Assembly (NCBI GenBank): GCA_035627655.1
Contig: DASPLI010000001.1
Span: 259,355-323,354, forward strand
Length of the DNA stretch: 64,000 nt
Source of the DNA: Minisyncoccota bacterium
GTDB lineage: Bacteria; Patescibacteriota; Minisyncoccia; Phycocordibacterales; Phycocordibacteraceae
Direction: 5' to 3'
A program made the translations under genes and the position numbers. Of this stretch, positions 37,293-46,250 are shown piece after piece (position 1 is the stretch's first letter; each line of letters opens with the position of its first letter). The notes under the pieces are model-generated. The model worked only from the letters and a program-made list of their open reading frames with translations, was not told the DNA's origin and made no database searches.

Positions 37293-37347
37293 TTGACATA
37301 CCTTCGCGTTTCCTATAGATTTTGCGTATCCGCCTCAGGCGGCTTTT
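37293..37347 (+). promoter_or_regulatory. Promoter TTGACA-N17-TAGATT and leader hairpin CCGCC-TCA-GGCGG + CTTTT upstream of rpsS
   Basis: Consensus hexamers 37293-37298 / 37316-37321. Confidence 0.55.
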
Positions 37348-37355
37348 GACTACTC

Positions 37356-37694
37356 ATGTCCCGCTCACTCAAGAAAGGACCCTACGTCGACGTCAAGTTG
37401 ATGAAGAAGGTTAAAGACAAGAAACCCGCATCCGCTGGGGTTATTCGAACATGGGCGCGCCAGTCGCAGATTGCGCCTGAGTTCGTCGGCTTTACCTTTG
37501 GCGTCCATAACGGCAAGACGCACGTGGATGTCCTCGTCACCGAGGATATGGTCGGCCACAAGCTTGGCGAATTCTCGCCAACCAAGAAGTTCCTCCGTCA
37601 CGGCGGAAAGATGCAGAAGGAGCTTGAGCAAAAGAAGAAGGAGGCTGAGATTGCCGCTGCAAAGGCGTCAAAGTCAGAGCCGGCTAAGAAATAA
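37356..37694 (+). CDS. rpsS: 30S ribosomal protein S19 with Lys-rich C-terminal extension
   Basis: Canonical S19 core. Confidence 0.93.
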   Translation: MSRSLKKGPYVDVKLMKKVKDKKPASAGVIRTWARQSQIAPEFVGFTFGVHNGKTHVDVLVTEDMVGHKLGEFSPTKKFLRHGGKMQKELEQKKKEAEIAAAKASKSEPAKK

Positions 37695-37696
37695 GT

Positions 37697-38014
37697 ATGA
37701 AAGCGTCGCTCAAGAGTCATAATCAGGCACCGCGCAAGGTTCGCCTTGTCACGGACCTCGTAAAAGGGAAGACCGTTCCCGAGGCACTTGCTGCGCTCTC
37801 GTTCCTTCCGAAGCGCGCTGCAGAGCCAATCAAGAAGCTCATTGCTTCTGCTGCGGCAAACGCAAAGGCAAAGGGCGAGAATCCTGACACGCTTCGCGTG
37901 AAGTCGATCACTGTCGACTCTGCAGGCATGATGGTGAAGTACATGCCGCGCGCTATGGGCCGGGCAACCCCGATTCGCCGCCGCAAGAGCCAAGTGCACG
38001 TTGAGCTTGCCTAA
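37697..38014 (+). CDS. rplV: 50S ribosomal protein L22
   Basis: Canonical L22. Confidence 0.93.
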   Translation: MKASLKSHNQAPRKVRLVTDLVKGKTVPEALAALSFLPKRAAEPIKKLIASAAANAKAKGENPDTLRVKSITVDSAGMMVKYMPRAMGRATPIRRRKSQVHVELA

Positions 38015-38022
38015 CTTTTTAT

Positions 38023-38709
38023 ATGACACACACCGTACATCCTTACGCACACCGCCTCGGCATCATCCGTGATTGGAAGAGCCGCTGGTTCGCGCTTGAT
38101 AAGAAGAGCTACCGCGAGAACCTCAAGGTCGACGCGTCTATTCGCGCATTCCTCAAGAAGAAGCTCCGCTCTGCCTACCTTGCAGACGTTGAGATCGAGC
38201 GCTCGCAGACCGAGCTTCGCGTCATCGTTTCTACCGCACGTCCTGGTCTGGTGATCGGCCGCTCGGGCGAGAACGCCGCAAAGCTTCGCAAGGAGCTCTC
38301 TGACCTCGTACGCTCTGTTGCGCCGAAGCATAACCGCCAGGTAAAGCTTGATATCGTCGAGATCCGCCAGCCGGAAACCAACGCCGCAGTCGTCGGCTAC
38401 ATGGTTGCTGAAGGTCTTGAGAAGCGCCTTCCGTTCCGCCGCGTCCTCAAGAGCACGGTTGAGAAAGTCATGGCCGTCCGCGAAGTGATCGGTGTCCGCA
38501 TCGTCATTTCCGGTCGTCTTGGCGGCGCAGACATGTCCCGCATCGAGCAGATCAAGCGCGGCCGCATTCCGCTGCAGACTTTCCGTGCAAACATCGATTA
38601 CGCACACACCGAGGCGCACCTGCCATACGGCCAGATCGGCATCAAAGTATGGATCTACCTTGGCGACACGTACGCTGAGCGCGAGAAGCCGGCAGCCCGC
38701 ACCCGATAA
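38023..38709 (+). CDS. rpsC: 30S ribosomal protein S3
   Basis: Canonical S3 (KH + S3-C domains). Confidence 0.95.
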   Translation: MTHTVHPYAHRLGIIRDWKSRWFALDKKSYRENLKVDASIRAFLKKKLRSAYLADVEIERSQTELRVIVSTARPGLVIGRSGENAAKLRKELSDLVRSVAPKHNRQVKLDIVEIRQPETNAAVVGYMVAEGLEKRLPFRRVLKSTVEKVMAVREVIGVRIVISGRLGGADMSRIEQIKRGRIPLQTFRANIDYAHTEAHLPYGQIGIKVWIYLGDTYAEREKPAARTR

Positions 38710-38715
38710 ACGAGT

Positions 38716-39135
38716 ATGCTATTCCCGAAAAAAGTTAAGCACCGCAAGTGGCAGACTGGACGCAAGAGTCCGGAGCGCCTCGCGCGCCCTGATACCCGTG
38801 GCACCACTGTCGCGTTCGGTTCCCATGGCATGAAGGCAACCACGCCTGCACGCGTCACCTCAAACCAGATTGAGGCGGCTCGTAAGGTGCTTACGCGCGC
38901 AACCGGCAAGGGCGGCAAGCTCTGGATCCGCATCTTCCCAGACCGTCCGGTCACCAAGAAGCCGGCGGAAGTGGGCATGGGTTCGGGTAAGGGTAATCCG
39001 GAGTTCTTCGTCTTCGAGGTGCGCCCGGGTCGCGTGCTCTTCGAGCTTGATGGTGTTGAAGACGCTGTTGCGCGCGATGCAATGCGCCGCGCTGGCTCCA
39101 AGCTCCCGGTGAAGACCACCGTCATCACCCGCTAA
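38716..39135 (+). CDS. rplP: 50S ribosomal protein L16
   Basis: Canonical L16. Confidence 0.95.
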   Translation: MLFPKKVKHRKWQTGRKSPERLARPDTRGTTVAFGSHGMKATTPARVTSNQIEAARKVLTRATGKGGKLWIRIFPDRPVTKKPAEVGMGSGKGNPEFFVFEVRPGRVLFELDGVEDAVARDAMRRAGSKLPVKTTVITR

Positions 39136-39138
39136 TTT

Positions 39139-39330
39139 TTGAGTATGGCAAAGAAGACCTCATTGAATGAAAAGTCGAAGGCGGAGCTCACCAAGCTCTT
39201 GGCTGAGAAGCGCGAGGAGCTGCGCAAGCTTCGCTTTGAAGCTGCAGGCGCCCGGGTGAAAGACACCAACGCTCCTTCGAAAGTGCGCAAGGATATTGCA
39301 CGCATCATGACCGCGCTTGCGAACGTATAA
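39139..39330 (+). CDS. rpmC: 50S ribosomal protein L29
   Basis: Canonical L29. Confidence 0.9.
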   Translation: MSMAKKTSLNEKSKAELTKLLAEKREELRKLRFEAAGARVKDTNAPSKVRKDIARIMTALANV

Positions 39331-39334
39331 CACC

Positions 39335-39574
39335 ATGACTACCACTACTACCAAACCCCAGAGCTTCCGCGGCGTCGTCGTCAAGACGGCAATGAAAGAC
39401 ACGGCTACCGTTGCGGTTTCCCGCTACGTGAAGCATCCGAAGTACAAGAAGTACCAGACGCGCACGAAGAAGTACCTCGTCCACGATCCGGGCAACACCG
39501 CCCAGGTAGGGGACAAGGTCACGATCGTCGCATGCCGCCCGCTTTCTAAACTGAAGCGCTTTAAGCTTGCCTAA
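39335..39574 (+). CDS. rpsQ: 30S ribosomal protein S17
   Basis: ATG 39335 after rpmC stop; FRGVVVKTAMKDTATVAV core. Confidence 0.9.
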   Translation: MTTTTTKPQSFRGVVVKTAMKDTATVAVSRYVKHPKYKKYQTRTKKYLVHDPGNTAQVGDKVTIVACRPLSKLKRFKLA

Positions 39575-39583
39575 TACACGCGT

Positions 39584-39961
39584 ATGATCCAGGACCGTTC
39601 CATCGTCACGATTGCAGATAACACCGGCGCCAAGGTCGGACGCGTGTTCAAGGTGCTTGGTGGCTCAAAGCGCCGCTACTCCGAGCTTGGCGATGTCGTC
39701 GTGATTTCCATTCAGACCGCCGAGCCGCGCAAGGCCGTGAAGAAGAAGGATGTCGTCCGCGCGGTCGTTGTTCGCCAGCGAAAGCCGTATCGCCGTGCAA
39801 ACGGCTCGTACATCCGCTTTGACGACAACGCCGTCGTTATTATTGAGAAGCAGGGTAAGGAGATGGGTCCGAAAGGAAACCGCGTCTTCGGTCCGGTTGC
39901 TCGCGAACTTACCGAAAAGGGGTGGCAGAACATTGCGTCTCTAGCACCAGAAATCGTCTAG
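39584..39961 (+). CDS. rplN: 50S ribosomal protein L14
   Basis: MIQDRSIVTIADNTGAK canonical. Confidence 0.95.
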   Translation: MIQDRSIVTIADNTGAKVGRVFKVLGGSKRRYSELGDVVVISIQTAEPRKAVKKKDVVRAVVVRQRKPYRRANGSYIRFDDNAVVIIEKQGKEMGPKGNRVFGPVARELTEKGWQNIASLAPEIV

Positions 39962-39964
39962 CGT

Positions 39965-40288
39965 ATGAGGAAATACACCGACACACAGCAGAAGTCCTAC
40001 ACTGCCGGCCGCCGCAAGCGAAATGCGCGCAAGCCGCTTCCGGTCCGCGTGATCAAGATGAAGGTCAAGCGCGGCGACACCGTTGAGGTGATCACCGGCA
40101 AGGACAAGGGCAAGAAGGGCGAGGTAAGCCGCGTACTCCCGAAGGAGAACCGCGTCGTGATTGATGGCGTCAACGTCGTCAAGCGCAGCCTCCGCCGCAC
40201 CGGCACCCGCCAGTCTGGCCGCATTATCGAGCGCCCGGCGCCGATCCACGCATCAAACGTGCGCGTCGTAACGAAGAAGTCTAAGTAA
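39965..40288 (+). CDS. rplX: 50S ribosomal protein L24 (possibly with 31-aa basic N-terminal extension; alternative start ATG 40058)
   Basis: KVKRGDTVEVITGKDKGKKGEV core. Confidence 0.88.
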   Translation: MRKYTDTQQKSYTAGRRKRNARKPLPVRVIKMKVKRGDTVEVITGKDKGKKGEVSRVLPKENRVVIDGVNVVKRSLRRTGTRQSGRIIERPAPIHASNVRVVTKKSK

Positions 40289-40295
40289 TACTCGT

Positions 40296-40829
40296 ATGAT
40301 GCTTTCCAAACAAAAACAGCAGACCTCCTTCGAAGCGCTTGCGCCTTCCTTGGGCTACACCAACCGCATGGCGGCTCCCCGCATCATGAAGGTGGTAGTG
40401 TCTTCCGGCGTCGGCAAGAAGCGCGACAAGGCACAGCTTGCGCTTGTGGCTGACCGCCTTGCAAAGATTACCGGCCAGAAGGCGTCTCCGCGCGCGGCAC
40501 GCCTCTCCATTGCGCAGTTCAAGATGCGCGAAGGCGATATCGTCGGCTACCAGGTGACGCTTCGCGGCTCCCGCATGTTCGACTTCCTCGACAAGCTCAT
40601 CCACATCGCGCTTCCGCGCACCCGCGACTTCCGCGGTATCAATGAGAGCGCCGTCGACGAAATGGGCAATCTCACGATCGGTATCCGCGAGCACACCATT
40701 TTCCCGGAGACTGCCGATGAGGACCTCAAGGACGTGTTCGGTCTTGCCATCACGGTCGTCACGACCGCTAAGACCAAGGAGGAAGCGTCCGCATTCTTCC
40801 GCCACCTCGGCGTTCCCTTCAAGAAGTAG
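40296..40829 (+). CDS. rplE: 50S ribosomal protein L5
   Basis: Canonical L5. Confidence 0.95.
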   Translation: MMLSKQKQQTSFEALAPSLGYTNRMAAPRIMKVVVSSGVGKKRDKAQLALVADRLAKITGQKASPRAARLSIAQFKMREGDIVGYQVTLRGSRMFDFLDKLIHIALPRTRDFRGINESAVDEMGNLTIGIREHTIFPETADEDLKDVFGLAITVVTTAKTKEEASAFFRHLGVPFKK

Positions 40830-40838
40830 GAAAACAAC

Positions 40839-40872
40839 AAAGGCCCGAGCGAGAGCTCGGGCCTTTTTGCGT
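40839..40872. terminator. Bidirectional terminator after rplE
   Basis: AAAGGCCCGAGC-GAGA-GCTCGGGCCTTT + TTGCGTTT. Confidence 0.8.
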
Positions 40873-41163
40873 TTAGGGGAAGGGAATAAAGAAGAAGCCC
40901 AGGCCGCCACCGATGAAAATCCCAGCGAAAAGCGCCTGGATGGAGCCAATACAGAGGCAGTAGAATATCGAGTCATCGATCATGGTCACGTAGAACGTGT
41001 CCGTGGATCGACGCCTCGAGACTAATGCGGCCGCCAGCTCCTCTTCAAAGAGGCGAGCTTCCTTAAAGGACGTTCGAGCCCATTTCAGCATCAGGATACC
41101 GGCCAGTATCCCGCAGATCGCGACGAGCAGCTTTATTCCCAGAATGCCCAGTAGCGCATCCAT
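40873..41163 (-). CDS. Small membrane protein (inserted between rplE and rpsN)
   Basis: ATG 41161-41163 preceded by AGGAGA; hydrophobic. Confidence 0.45.
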   Translation of the reverse strand: MDALLGILGIKLLVAICGILAGILMLKWARTSFKEARLFEEELAAALVSRRRSTDTFYVTMIDDSIFYCLCIGSIQALFAGIFIGGGLGFFFIPFP

Positions 41164-41300
41164 GTACCTATCTCCTATCGTTGCCGTCTGCCGCAACAGT
41201 ACACGCAACAAAGACTGCGTCAAGGATTCGCACACTCGCGTCTATTGACTTCCCCTAGGACAGGCATAGGGTATTAAGTACCCCAAGAAAGGAGGGGTCG

Positions 41301-41681
41301 ATGAAACAGTTACTCATCATCGCCGCAGCGCTTGCTCTCGGGTGGTTCACCCCAGAAGCACGAGCGCAGGAGTACTTGCACCTTGATACACCGCCGCTTG
41401 CCCAGGAGGAGAAAGAACTTCCTCTTGAGCTTTCGTACACGCAAGACCGCCAGCAGTCCTTCGGCATCTTCTCGCCACTCGTTGAGAATGATGTAGAGAG
41501 CGACCGCTTGGTTTTGGTCTCGCCGGAAGTCCGGTTTGCCGAGGGAATCACTGGTTCCTTCTATGAGATTCGGGTTTCATGCCCGGTCTCGCGCCAGGAC
41601 TATCCAGCTGGCTGTCCGCCGGCGTACGAAAGCGTGAAAGCATACGGCGTGGTACTCCGCATACGCCTACCATTTCGGTAA
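41301..41681 (+). CDS. Small secreted protein with signal peptide
   Basis: MKQLLIIAAALALGWFTPEARA signal; RBS AAAGGAGGGG. Confidence 0.5.
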   Translation: MKQLLIIAAALALGWFTPEARAQEYLHLDTPPLAQEEKELPLELSYTQDRQQSFGIFSPLVENDVESDRLVLVSPEVRFAEGITGSFYEIRVSCPVSRQDYPAGCPPAYESVKAYGVVLRIRLPFR

Positions 41682-41686
41682 GGCGA

Positions 41687-41729
41687 AGGGGCGGACCCAT
41701 CCAAAAGACGGGCCCGCCCTTTTGTTTGA
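41687..41729 (+). terminator. Intrinsic terminator
   Basis: GGGGCGGACCC...GGGCCCGCCC + TTTTGTTTG. Confidence 0.7.
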
Positions 41730-41783
41730 CACCCCCCTCCGGCATTGATAGTATGTCGACACGCGAAACGCGGCTTTTTTATT

Positions 41784-42053
41784 ATGGCTAAACGATCCCA
41801 ACTGGCACGAAATGCCAAGAAGGCAAAACTCGCCGAGCGCTTCAAGGAGAAGCGCGCGGCTCTTAAGGCTGCCGGGGACTACGAGGGCCTCCAGAAGCTC
41901 CCTCGCAACTCCTCCCCGGTCCGCATCAAGAACCGCTGCGCCATCTCTGGCCGTGGTCGGGGCTATATCCGTGCCTTTGGCCTCTCCCGCATCCAGTTCC
42001 GCGAGCTTGCTCGCGAGGGTAAGATCCCGGGCGTTAAGAAGGCTTCCTGGTAA
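41784..42053 (+). CDS. rpsN: 30S ribosomal protein S14 (long, non-zinc type)
   Basis: ATG 41784; [16 protein letters not shown]... [15 protein letters not shown] core. Confidence 0.9.
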   Translation: MAKRSQLARNAKKAKLAERFKEKRAALKAAGDYEGLQKLPRNSSPVRIKNRCAISGRGRGYIRAFGLSRIQFRELAREGKIPGVKKASW

Positions 42054-42063
42054 TACTTTTCAT

Positions 42064-42456
42064 ATGATTAGCGACCGCGTCGGCGATTTCATCATCCGTC
42101 TCAAGAATGCAGGTGCCATTGGGCAGGAGTCTATTACCTTGCCGCACTCAAACCACCTCGAGGCTATTGCGAAGAAGCTTAAGGAGCTTGGCTTTGTTGC
42201 TGACGTCTCCGTTTCCAAGAAGGACCCGAAGCAGCTTGAAGTTGCGCTTGCGTACGACGCGCAGGGCAACCACAAGATCAACGACGTGAAGCGCATTTCA
42301 AAGCCGGGCCGCCGTCTCTACGCTGGCGCCAAGGACGCACACAACGTGAAGAATGGTGCAGGTGCTCGCATCCTCTCAACGCCGAAGGGCATCCTCTCTG
42401 ACGCTGAGGCACGCAAGGTGCGCGCCGGCGGCGAAACCCTCTTTGAGGTCTGGTAA
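42064..42456 (+). CDS. rpsH: 30S ribosomal protein S8
   Basis: ATG 42064; MISDRVGDFIIRLKNA canonical. Confidence 0.93.
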   Translation: MISDRVGDFIIRLKNAGAIGQESITLPHSNHLEAIAKKLKELGFVADVSVSKKDPKQLEVALAYDAQGNHKINDVKRISKPGRRLYAGAKDAHNVKNGAGARILSTPKGILSDAEARKVRAGGETLFEVW

Positions 42457-42462
42457 TCCTAT

Positions 42463-42996
42463 ATGTCACGCCTTGCAAAAAAACCGATTCCCGTCCCGCC
42501 GAAGGTCCAGGTGACCGCGGCTGATGGCGTGCTTACGGTCAAGGGTGCCAAGGAGACCCTGACGCGCTCGGTGCATTCCTCGGTTGATATCACCGTTGAA
42601 TCTGAGGGTGTTGTCATCAAGCCAAAGAACACCTCCCGTCTCGCACGCGCGCTCACCGGCACCTTTGCCGCACACGTTCGCGCCATGATGCAGGGCGTCG
42701 AGACGCCATTTAAGAAGGTCTTGGTCCTCAACGGCGTCGGGTACCGCGTCGAGCTCAAAGGCAAGGATCTTGTCTTTGCCGTTGGTTTCTCGCATCCGGT
42801 TACGCTCCCTATTCCGGAGGGCATCACTGCCACCGTCGCAAAGAACGTCATCACGATTGAAGGCGCTGACAAGCAGCAGGTTGGTCAGTTTGCCGCTGAG
42901 GTTCGCGGCGTGAAGCCGCCGGAGCCGTATCTCGGCAAGGGTATCAAGTACGAGGACGAGGTCATCCTCCGTAAGCAGGGCAAGAAGGCCGTCTAG
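42463..42996 (+). CDS. rplF: 50S ribosomal protein L6
   Basis: Canonical L6. Confidence 0.95.
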   Translation: MSRLAKKPIPVPPKVQVTAADGVLTVKGAKETLTRSVHSSVDITVESEGVVIKPKNTSRLARALTGTFAAHVRAMMQGVETPFKKVLVLNGVGYRVELKGKDLVFAVGFSHPVTLPIPEGITATVAKNVITIEGADKQQVGQFAAEVRGVKPPEPYLGKGIKYEDEVILRKQGKKAV

Positions 42997-43005
42997 TAAT
43001 TTCGT

Positions 43006-43350
43006 ATGCCAACTCTCTCTAAAGCAGCATCTCGTGTTCGCCGCCATAAGCGCGTTCGCGCAAAGATCAAAGGTACTACCGAGCGTCCTCGTCTTGCGGT
43101 GTACCGTTCCAATCGCTTCATCAGCGTGCAGGTTATCGATGATGTGAAGGGTGCAACGCTCGCAAGCGCGCATGGTCGCGAATTCCCGGGTTCTCTCGGC
43201 AAGCAGGCTGCTGCTATCGGCAAGGCAATTGCTGAGCGCGCAAAAAAGGCAGGCGTCTCTGCGGTCGTGTTTGATCGTGGTGGCTATGCCTATGCCGCAC
43301 AGGTGAAGTCGATTGCAGATGCAGCACGCGAGGGCGGACTTACTTTCTAA
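43006..43350 (+). CDS. rplR: 50S ribosomal protein L18
   Basis: Canonical L18. Confidence 0.93.
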   Translation: MPTLSKAASRVRRHKRVRAKIKGTTERPRLAVYRSNRFISVQVIDDVKGATLASAHGREFPGSLGKQAAAIGKAIAERAKKAGVSAVVFDRGGYAYAAQVKSIADAAREGGLTF

Positions 43351-43356
43351 ACTTTT

Positions 43357-43914
43357 ATGGCTGAAACTACGACCGTTATGGATACTCCAAAGACAGACGC
43401 TCCGCGCGGGGGTCGTGGACCGGCACGTGGCCGTGGCGGACAGCGCTCGGGCGGACGTCCTCGTGAGCGTGCTCCCCGCGAGCGCAGCGAGTTCGATCAG
43501 GTGAACATCGAGGTTCGCCGTGTGGCTCGCGTTATGGCCGGTGGTCGCCGCTTCTCCTTCAGCGTTGCGGTGGTGATCGGTGATCGCAAGGGCCGCGTCG
43601 GCGTTGGTCTTGGTAAGGGTGCGGACACCGCGCTTGCTATCGATAAGGCAGTCCGCGATGCGCGCCGCAACCTCATTACGGTGCCGCTCACCAAGGACCG
43701 CTCGATTGCGCACGATGTTTCTGCTTCCTACGCATCAACCACGCTCACGATTATCCCGAGCCCGGGCCGCGGTCTCGTTGCAGGATCTGCTATGCGCACC
43801 GTGCTTGAATACGCCGGTATCGGAAACGTCGTCGGCAAGATTCTTACCCGCACGAAGAACAAGCTCACGATTGCTCGTGCGACCGTTGCCGCTCTCAAGA
43901 AGCTTTCCAAATAA
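43357..43914 (+). CDS. rpsE: 30S ribosomal protein S5
   Basis: Canonical S5 with Gly/Arg-rich N-term. Confidence 0.95.
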   Translation: MAETTTVMDTPKTDAPRGGRGPARGRGGQRSGGRPRERAPRERSEFDQVNIEVRRVARVMAGGRRFSFSVAVVIGDRKGRVGVGLGKGADTALAIDKAVRDARRNLITVPLTKDRSIAHDVSASYASTTLTIIPSPGRGLVAGSAMRTVLEYAGIGNVVGKILTRTKNKLTIARATVAALKKLSK

Positions 43915-43916
43915 GT

Positions 43917-44363
43917 ATGCAGTCAAACACTCTCGCTCCGAAGAATGCCCGCATCAAGAGCCCGCGCGTTGGTCGCGGTGGCAAGCGTGGTAAGACCTCT
44001 GGTCGTGGTACCAAGGGTCAGAAGGCTCGCTCAGGTCGCAAGATGCGCCCGGAGATGCGCGACCTTATCAAGAAGCTTCCGAAGCTTCGCGGTCATGGTA
44101 AGAACCGCAGCCGCACGGTCCGCAACCGCGCTGGCTTTGTGCCAGTAAATCTCGCTGCGCTTGAGGCAATCTTCGATAACGGCGCAACCGTCACTCCGGC
44201 AGTGCTCGTTGATAAGGGTCTTGCTCGCGTTCGCGGTGGTCGCATGCCGCGCGTGAAGATTCTTGGCACGGGCGAACTCACGAAGGCGCTCTCGGTCTCG
44301 GGCTGCGCAGCATCAGACAGCGCAAAGGCAGCCATTGAGAAGGCAGGGGGTTCCGTCCTCTAG
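43917..44363 (+). CDS. rplO: 50S ribosomal protein L15 (directly follows rpsE; no rpmD/L30 gene)
   Basis: Canonical L15. Confidence 0.93.
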   Translation: MQSNTLAPKNARIKSPRVGRGGKRGKTSGRGTKGQKARSGRKMRPEMRDLIKKLPKLRGHGKNRSRTVRNRAGFVPVNLAALEAIFDNGATVTPAVLVDKGLARVRGGRMPRVKILGTGELTKALSVSGCAASDSAKAAIEKAGGSVL

Positions 44364-44370
44364 GCGATCA

Positions 44371-45642
44371 ATGAATGCCCTCATCCACAAGCTAAAGCTT
44401 ATCTTCGGGGACCCGGTGCTTCGCATGCGTCTCCTCTTCGTGCTTGCCGCGTTTGCGGTCTACCGCCTCCTGGCTGCTATTCCGATTCCGGGCGTCAACG
44501 AGTTCGCACTCGCGCAGTTTTTCCAGAATAACCAGTTCCTCGGACTGCTCTCCGTCTTCTCCGGCGGCGGTTTCGCAACGCTTTCGTTGGTGATGCTTGG
44601 CGTCGGTCCGTACATTACTGCATCGATCTTGATGCAGCTTCTGACCGTGATCTTCCCGGCGGTAAAGCGCATGTATACCGAAGAAGGGGAGGCGGGCCGC
44701 ACTAAGTTCATCGCGTGGGGTCGCATGCTCACCATTCCGTTTGCTATTTTGCAGGCGGTCGCGTTCCTTTCGCTTCTGGAGACCCAGGGCGTGGTCGCAG
44801 CACTCTCTCCGTTTGAGTTTGCGGTCAACGTCTTTCTCGTAGCCGGAGGCTCCGTACTCCTTATGTGGATCGGCGAGTTGATTACGGAATTTGGTATTGG
44901 CAATGGCGTCTCGCTCATTATCTACGCCGGTATCATTGCCTCCATTCCATCCGCAATCTCGCAGATTCTCTTTACGGCAAGCGCACAGAACATTCCGTCC
45001 TACCTCGGCTTCCTCGTGCTTGCGCTTGCAACCATCTACGCCGTGGTGACGGTCTCCGAAGCTGAGCGCTCAATTCCGATTGCCTATGCACGCCAGGTGC
45101 GCGGCGCTGCGTCTGCAGCAGGTGCTGCAACCTACCTCCCGATCCGCCTTCTACAGGCTGGCGTGATTCCAATCATCTTTGCGCTCTCGCTCCTCCTCTT
45201 GCCGCAGATGGCGCTTACCGCGCTTGCAGCGGTCGGGGTAACCTGGGCAGTTTCAGCAAACCTCGCCTACGCTGCGTTTGCGGCAAACCCGCTTGCGTAC
45301 GGCGCCGTCTACTTCGTGCTCGTCGTGATGTTCACGTACTTCTATACCTCCATCACGTTTGAGCCGCACCGCGTCGCGGAGAATCTTCAGAAGACGGGTG
45401 CGTTTGTGCCAGGCGTTCGTCCGGGTCGCGAGACGGAGAAGTATGTCGGAAACGTTGTTTCGCGCGTGACGCTCCCAGGCGCGCTCTTCCTCGGCTTGGT
45501 TGCCGTGATTCCATTCGTCGTGCAGGGACTGACCGGCATCTCCGCAATTCTCGTTGGCGGTACGGCGCTTCTTATTGCCGTTACCGTGCTGCTTGATCTT
45601 ATCCGTAAGGTGGATGCGCAGGCGTCACTTCGCGAATACTAA
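44371..45642 (+). CDS. secY: Preprotein translocase subunit SecY
   Basis: ATG 44371; 10 TM, canonical SecY. Confidence 0.93.
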   Translation: MNALIHKLKLIFGDPVLRMRLLFVLAAFAVYRLLAAIPIPGVNEFALAQFFQNNQFLGLLSVFSGGGFATLSLVMLGVGPYITASILMQLLTVIFPAVKRMYTEEGEAGRTKFIAWGRMLTIPFAILQAVAFLSLLETQGVVAALSPFEFAVNVFLVAGGSVLLMWIGELITEFGIGNGVSLIIYAGIIASIPSAISQILFTASAQNIPSYLGFLVLALATIYAVVTVSEAERSIPIAYARQVRGAASAAGAATYLPIRLLQAGVIPIIFALSLLLLPQMALTALAAVGVTWAVSANLAYAAFAANPLAYGAVYFVLVVMFTYFYTSITFEPHRVAENLQKTGAFVPGVRPGRETEKYVGNVVSRVTLPGALFLGLVAVIPFVVQGLTGISAILVGGTALLIAVTVLLDLIRKVDAQASLREY

Positions 45643-45668
45643 AAGGCCCTTTGAGGGCCTTTTTGGTC
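45642..45668 (+). terminator. Intrinsic terminator after secY
   Basis: AAAGGCCC-TTTGA-GGGCCTTT + TTGG. Confidence 0.7.
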
Positions 45669-45686
45669 GCGGTACACTCTGTTTAC

Positions 45687-46250
45687 ATGACTCCGAGAAC
45701 TATTTTCTTTATTGGTAAGCCAGGCTGCGGCAAGGGTACGCAGGCGCGGCTCTTGTCTGAGCATACCGGCTGGCCAATCATCGGCGCGGGCGCGCAGTTT
45801 CGCCAGATCGCTGCAGAGGAAACGCCGGCAGGTGAGCGCACGAAGCGGGATATCGACCAGGGACTTCTCATGCCGCACTGGTTTGCTATGTATCTCTACC
45901 TGAAGGGACTCTTCTCGCTTCCGGGGAATGCGTCAGTCATTTTCGATGGCTTCAACCGCAAACTTGCCGAAGCAGAACTTATCGTCGCATCGCTCACCTG
46001 GCTTGAGCGCCCGTTTGATGTTGTGCATATCGCCGTCTCTGACGAGGAGGTGCGCCGCCGCCTTGAAGGACGCAAATCTGAGGGTCGTGCAGACGATCAT
46101 TCGGTCGATACACGGCTGACCGAGTACGAGACCTACACCACCAAGGCCATCTCTCTGTTTGAGACACATGGCGTACTCAAGACCGTCAACGGCGAGCAAC
46201 CGCCAGAAGCAATTGCCAAGGATGTGCTTGCCGTCCTCAATCTTGCATGA
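45687..46250 (+). CDS. adk: Adenylate kinase (short type lacking zinc LID)
   Basis: P-loop FFIGKPGCGKGTQA; position after secY. Confidence 0.8.
   Translation: MTPRTIFFIGKPGCGKGTQARLLSEHTGWPIIGAGAQFRQIAAEETPAGERTKRDIDQGLLMPHWFAMYLYLKGLFSLPGNASVIFDGFNRKLAEAELIVASLTWLERPFDVVHIAVSDEEVRRRLEGRKSEGRADDHSVDTRLTEYETYTTKAISLFETHGVLKTVNGEQPPEAIAKDVLAVLNLA

Noticed and set aside
24271-37355. Calling the NAD island a prophage or integrative element
   Set aside because: No phage structural, integrase or recombinase genes are present. GC content matches the host. The insert is treated as a chromosomal insertion and not as a mobile element.
42466-43713. 415-aa minus-strand ORF
   Set aside because: Entirely antisense to rplF, rplR and rpsE, which are unambiguous. 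High-GC genomes generate long spurious antisense ORFs.
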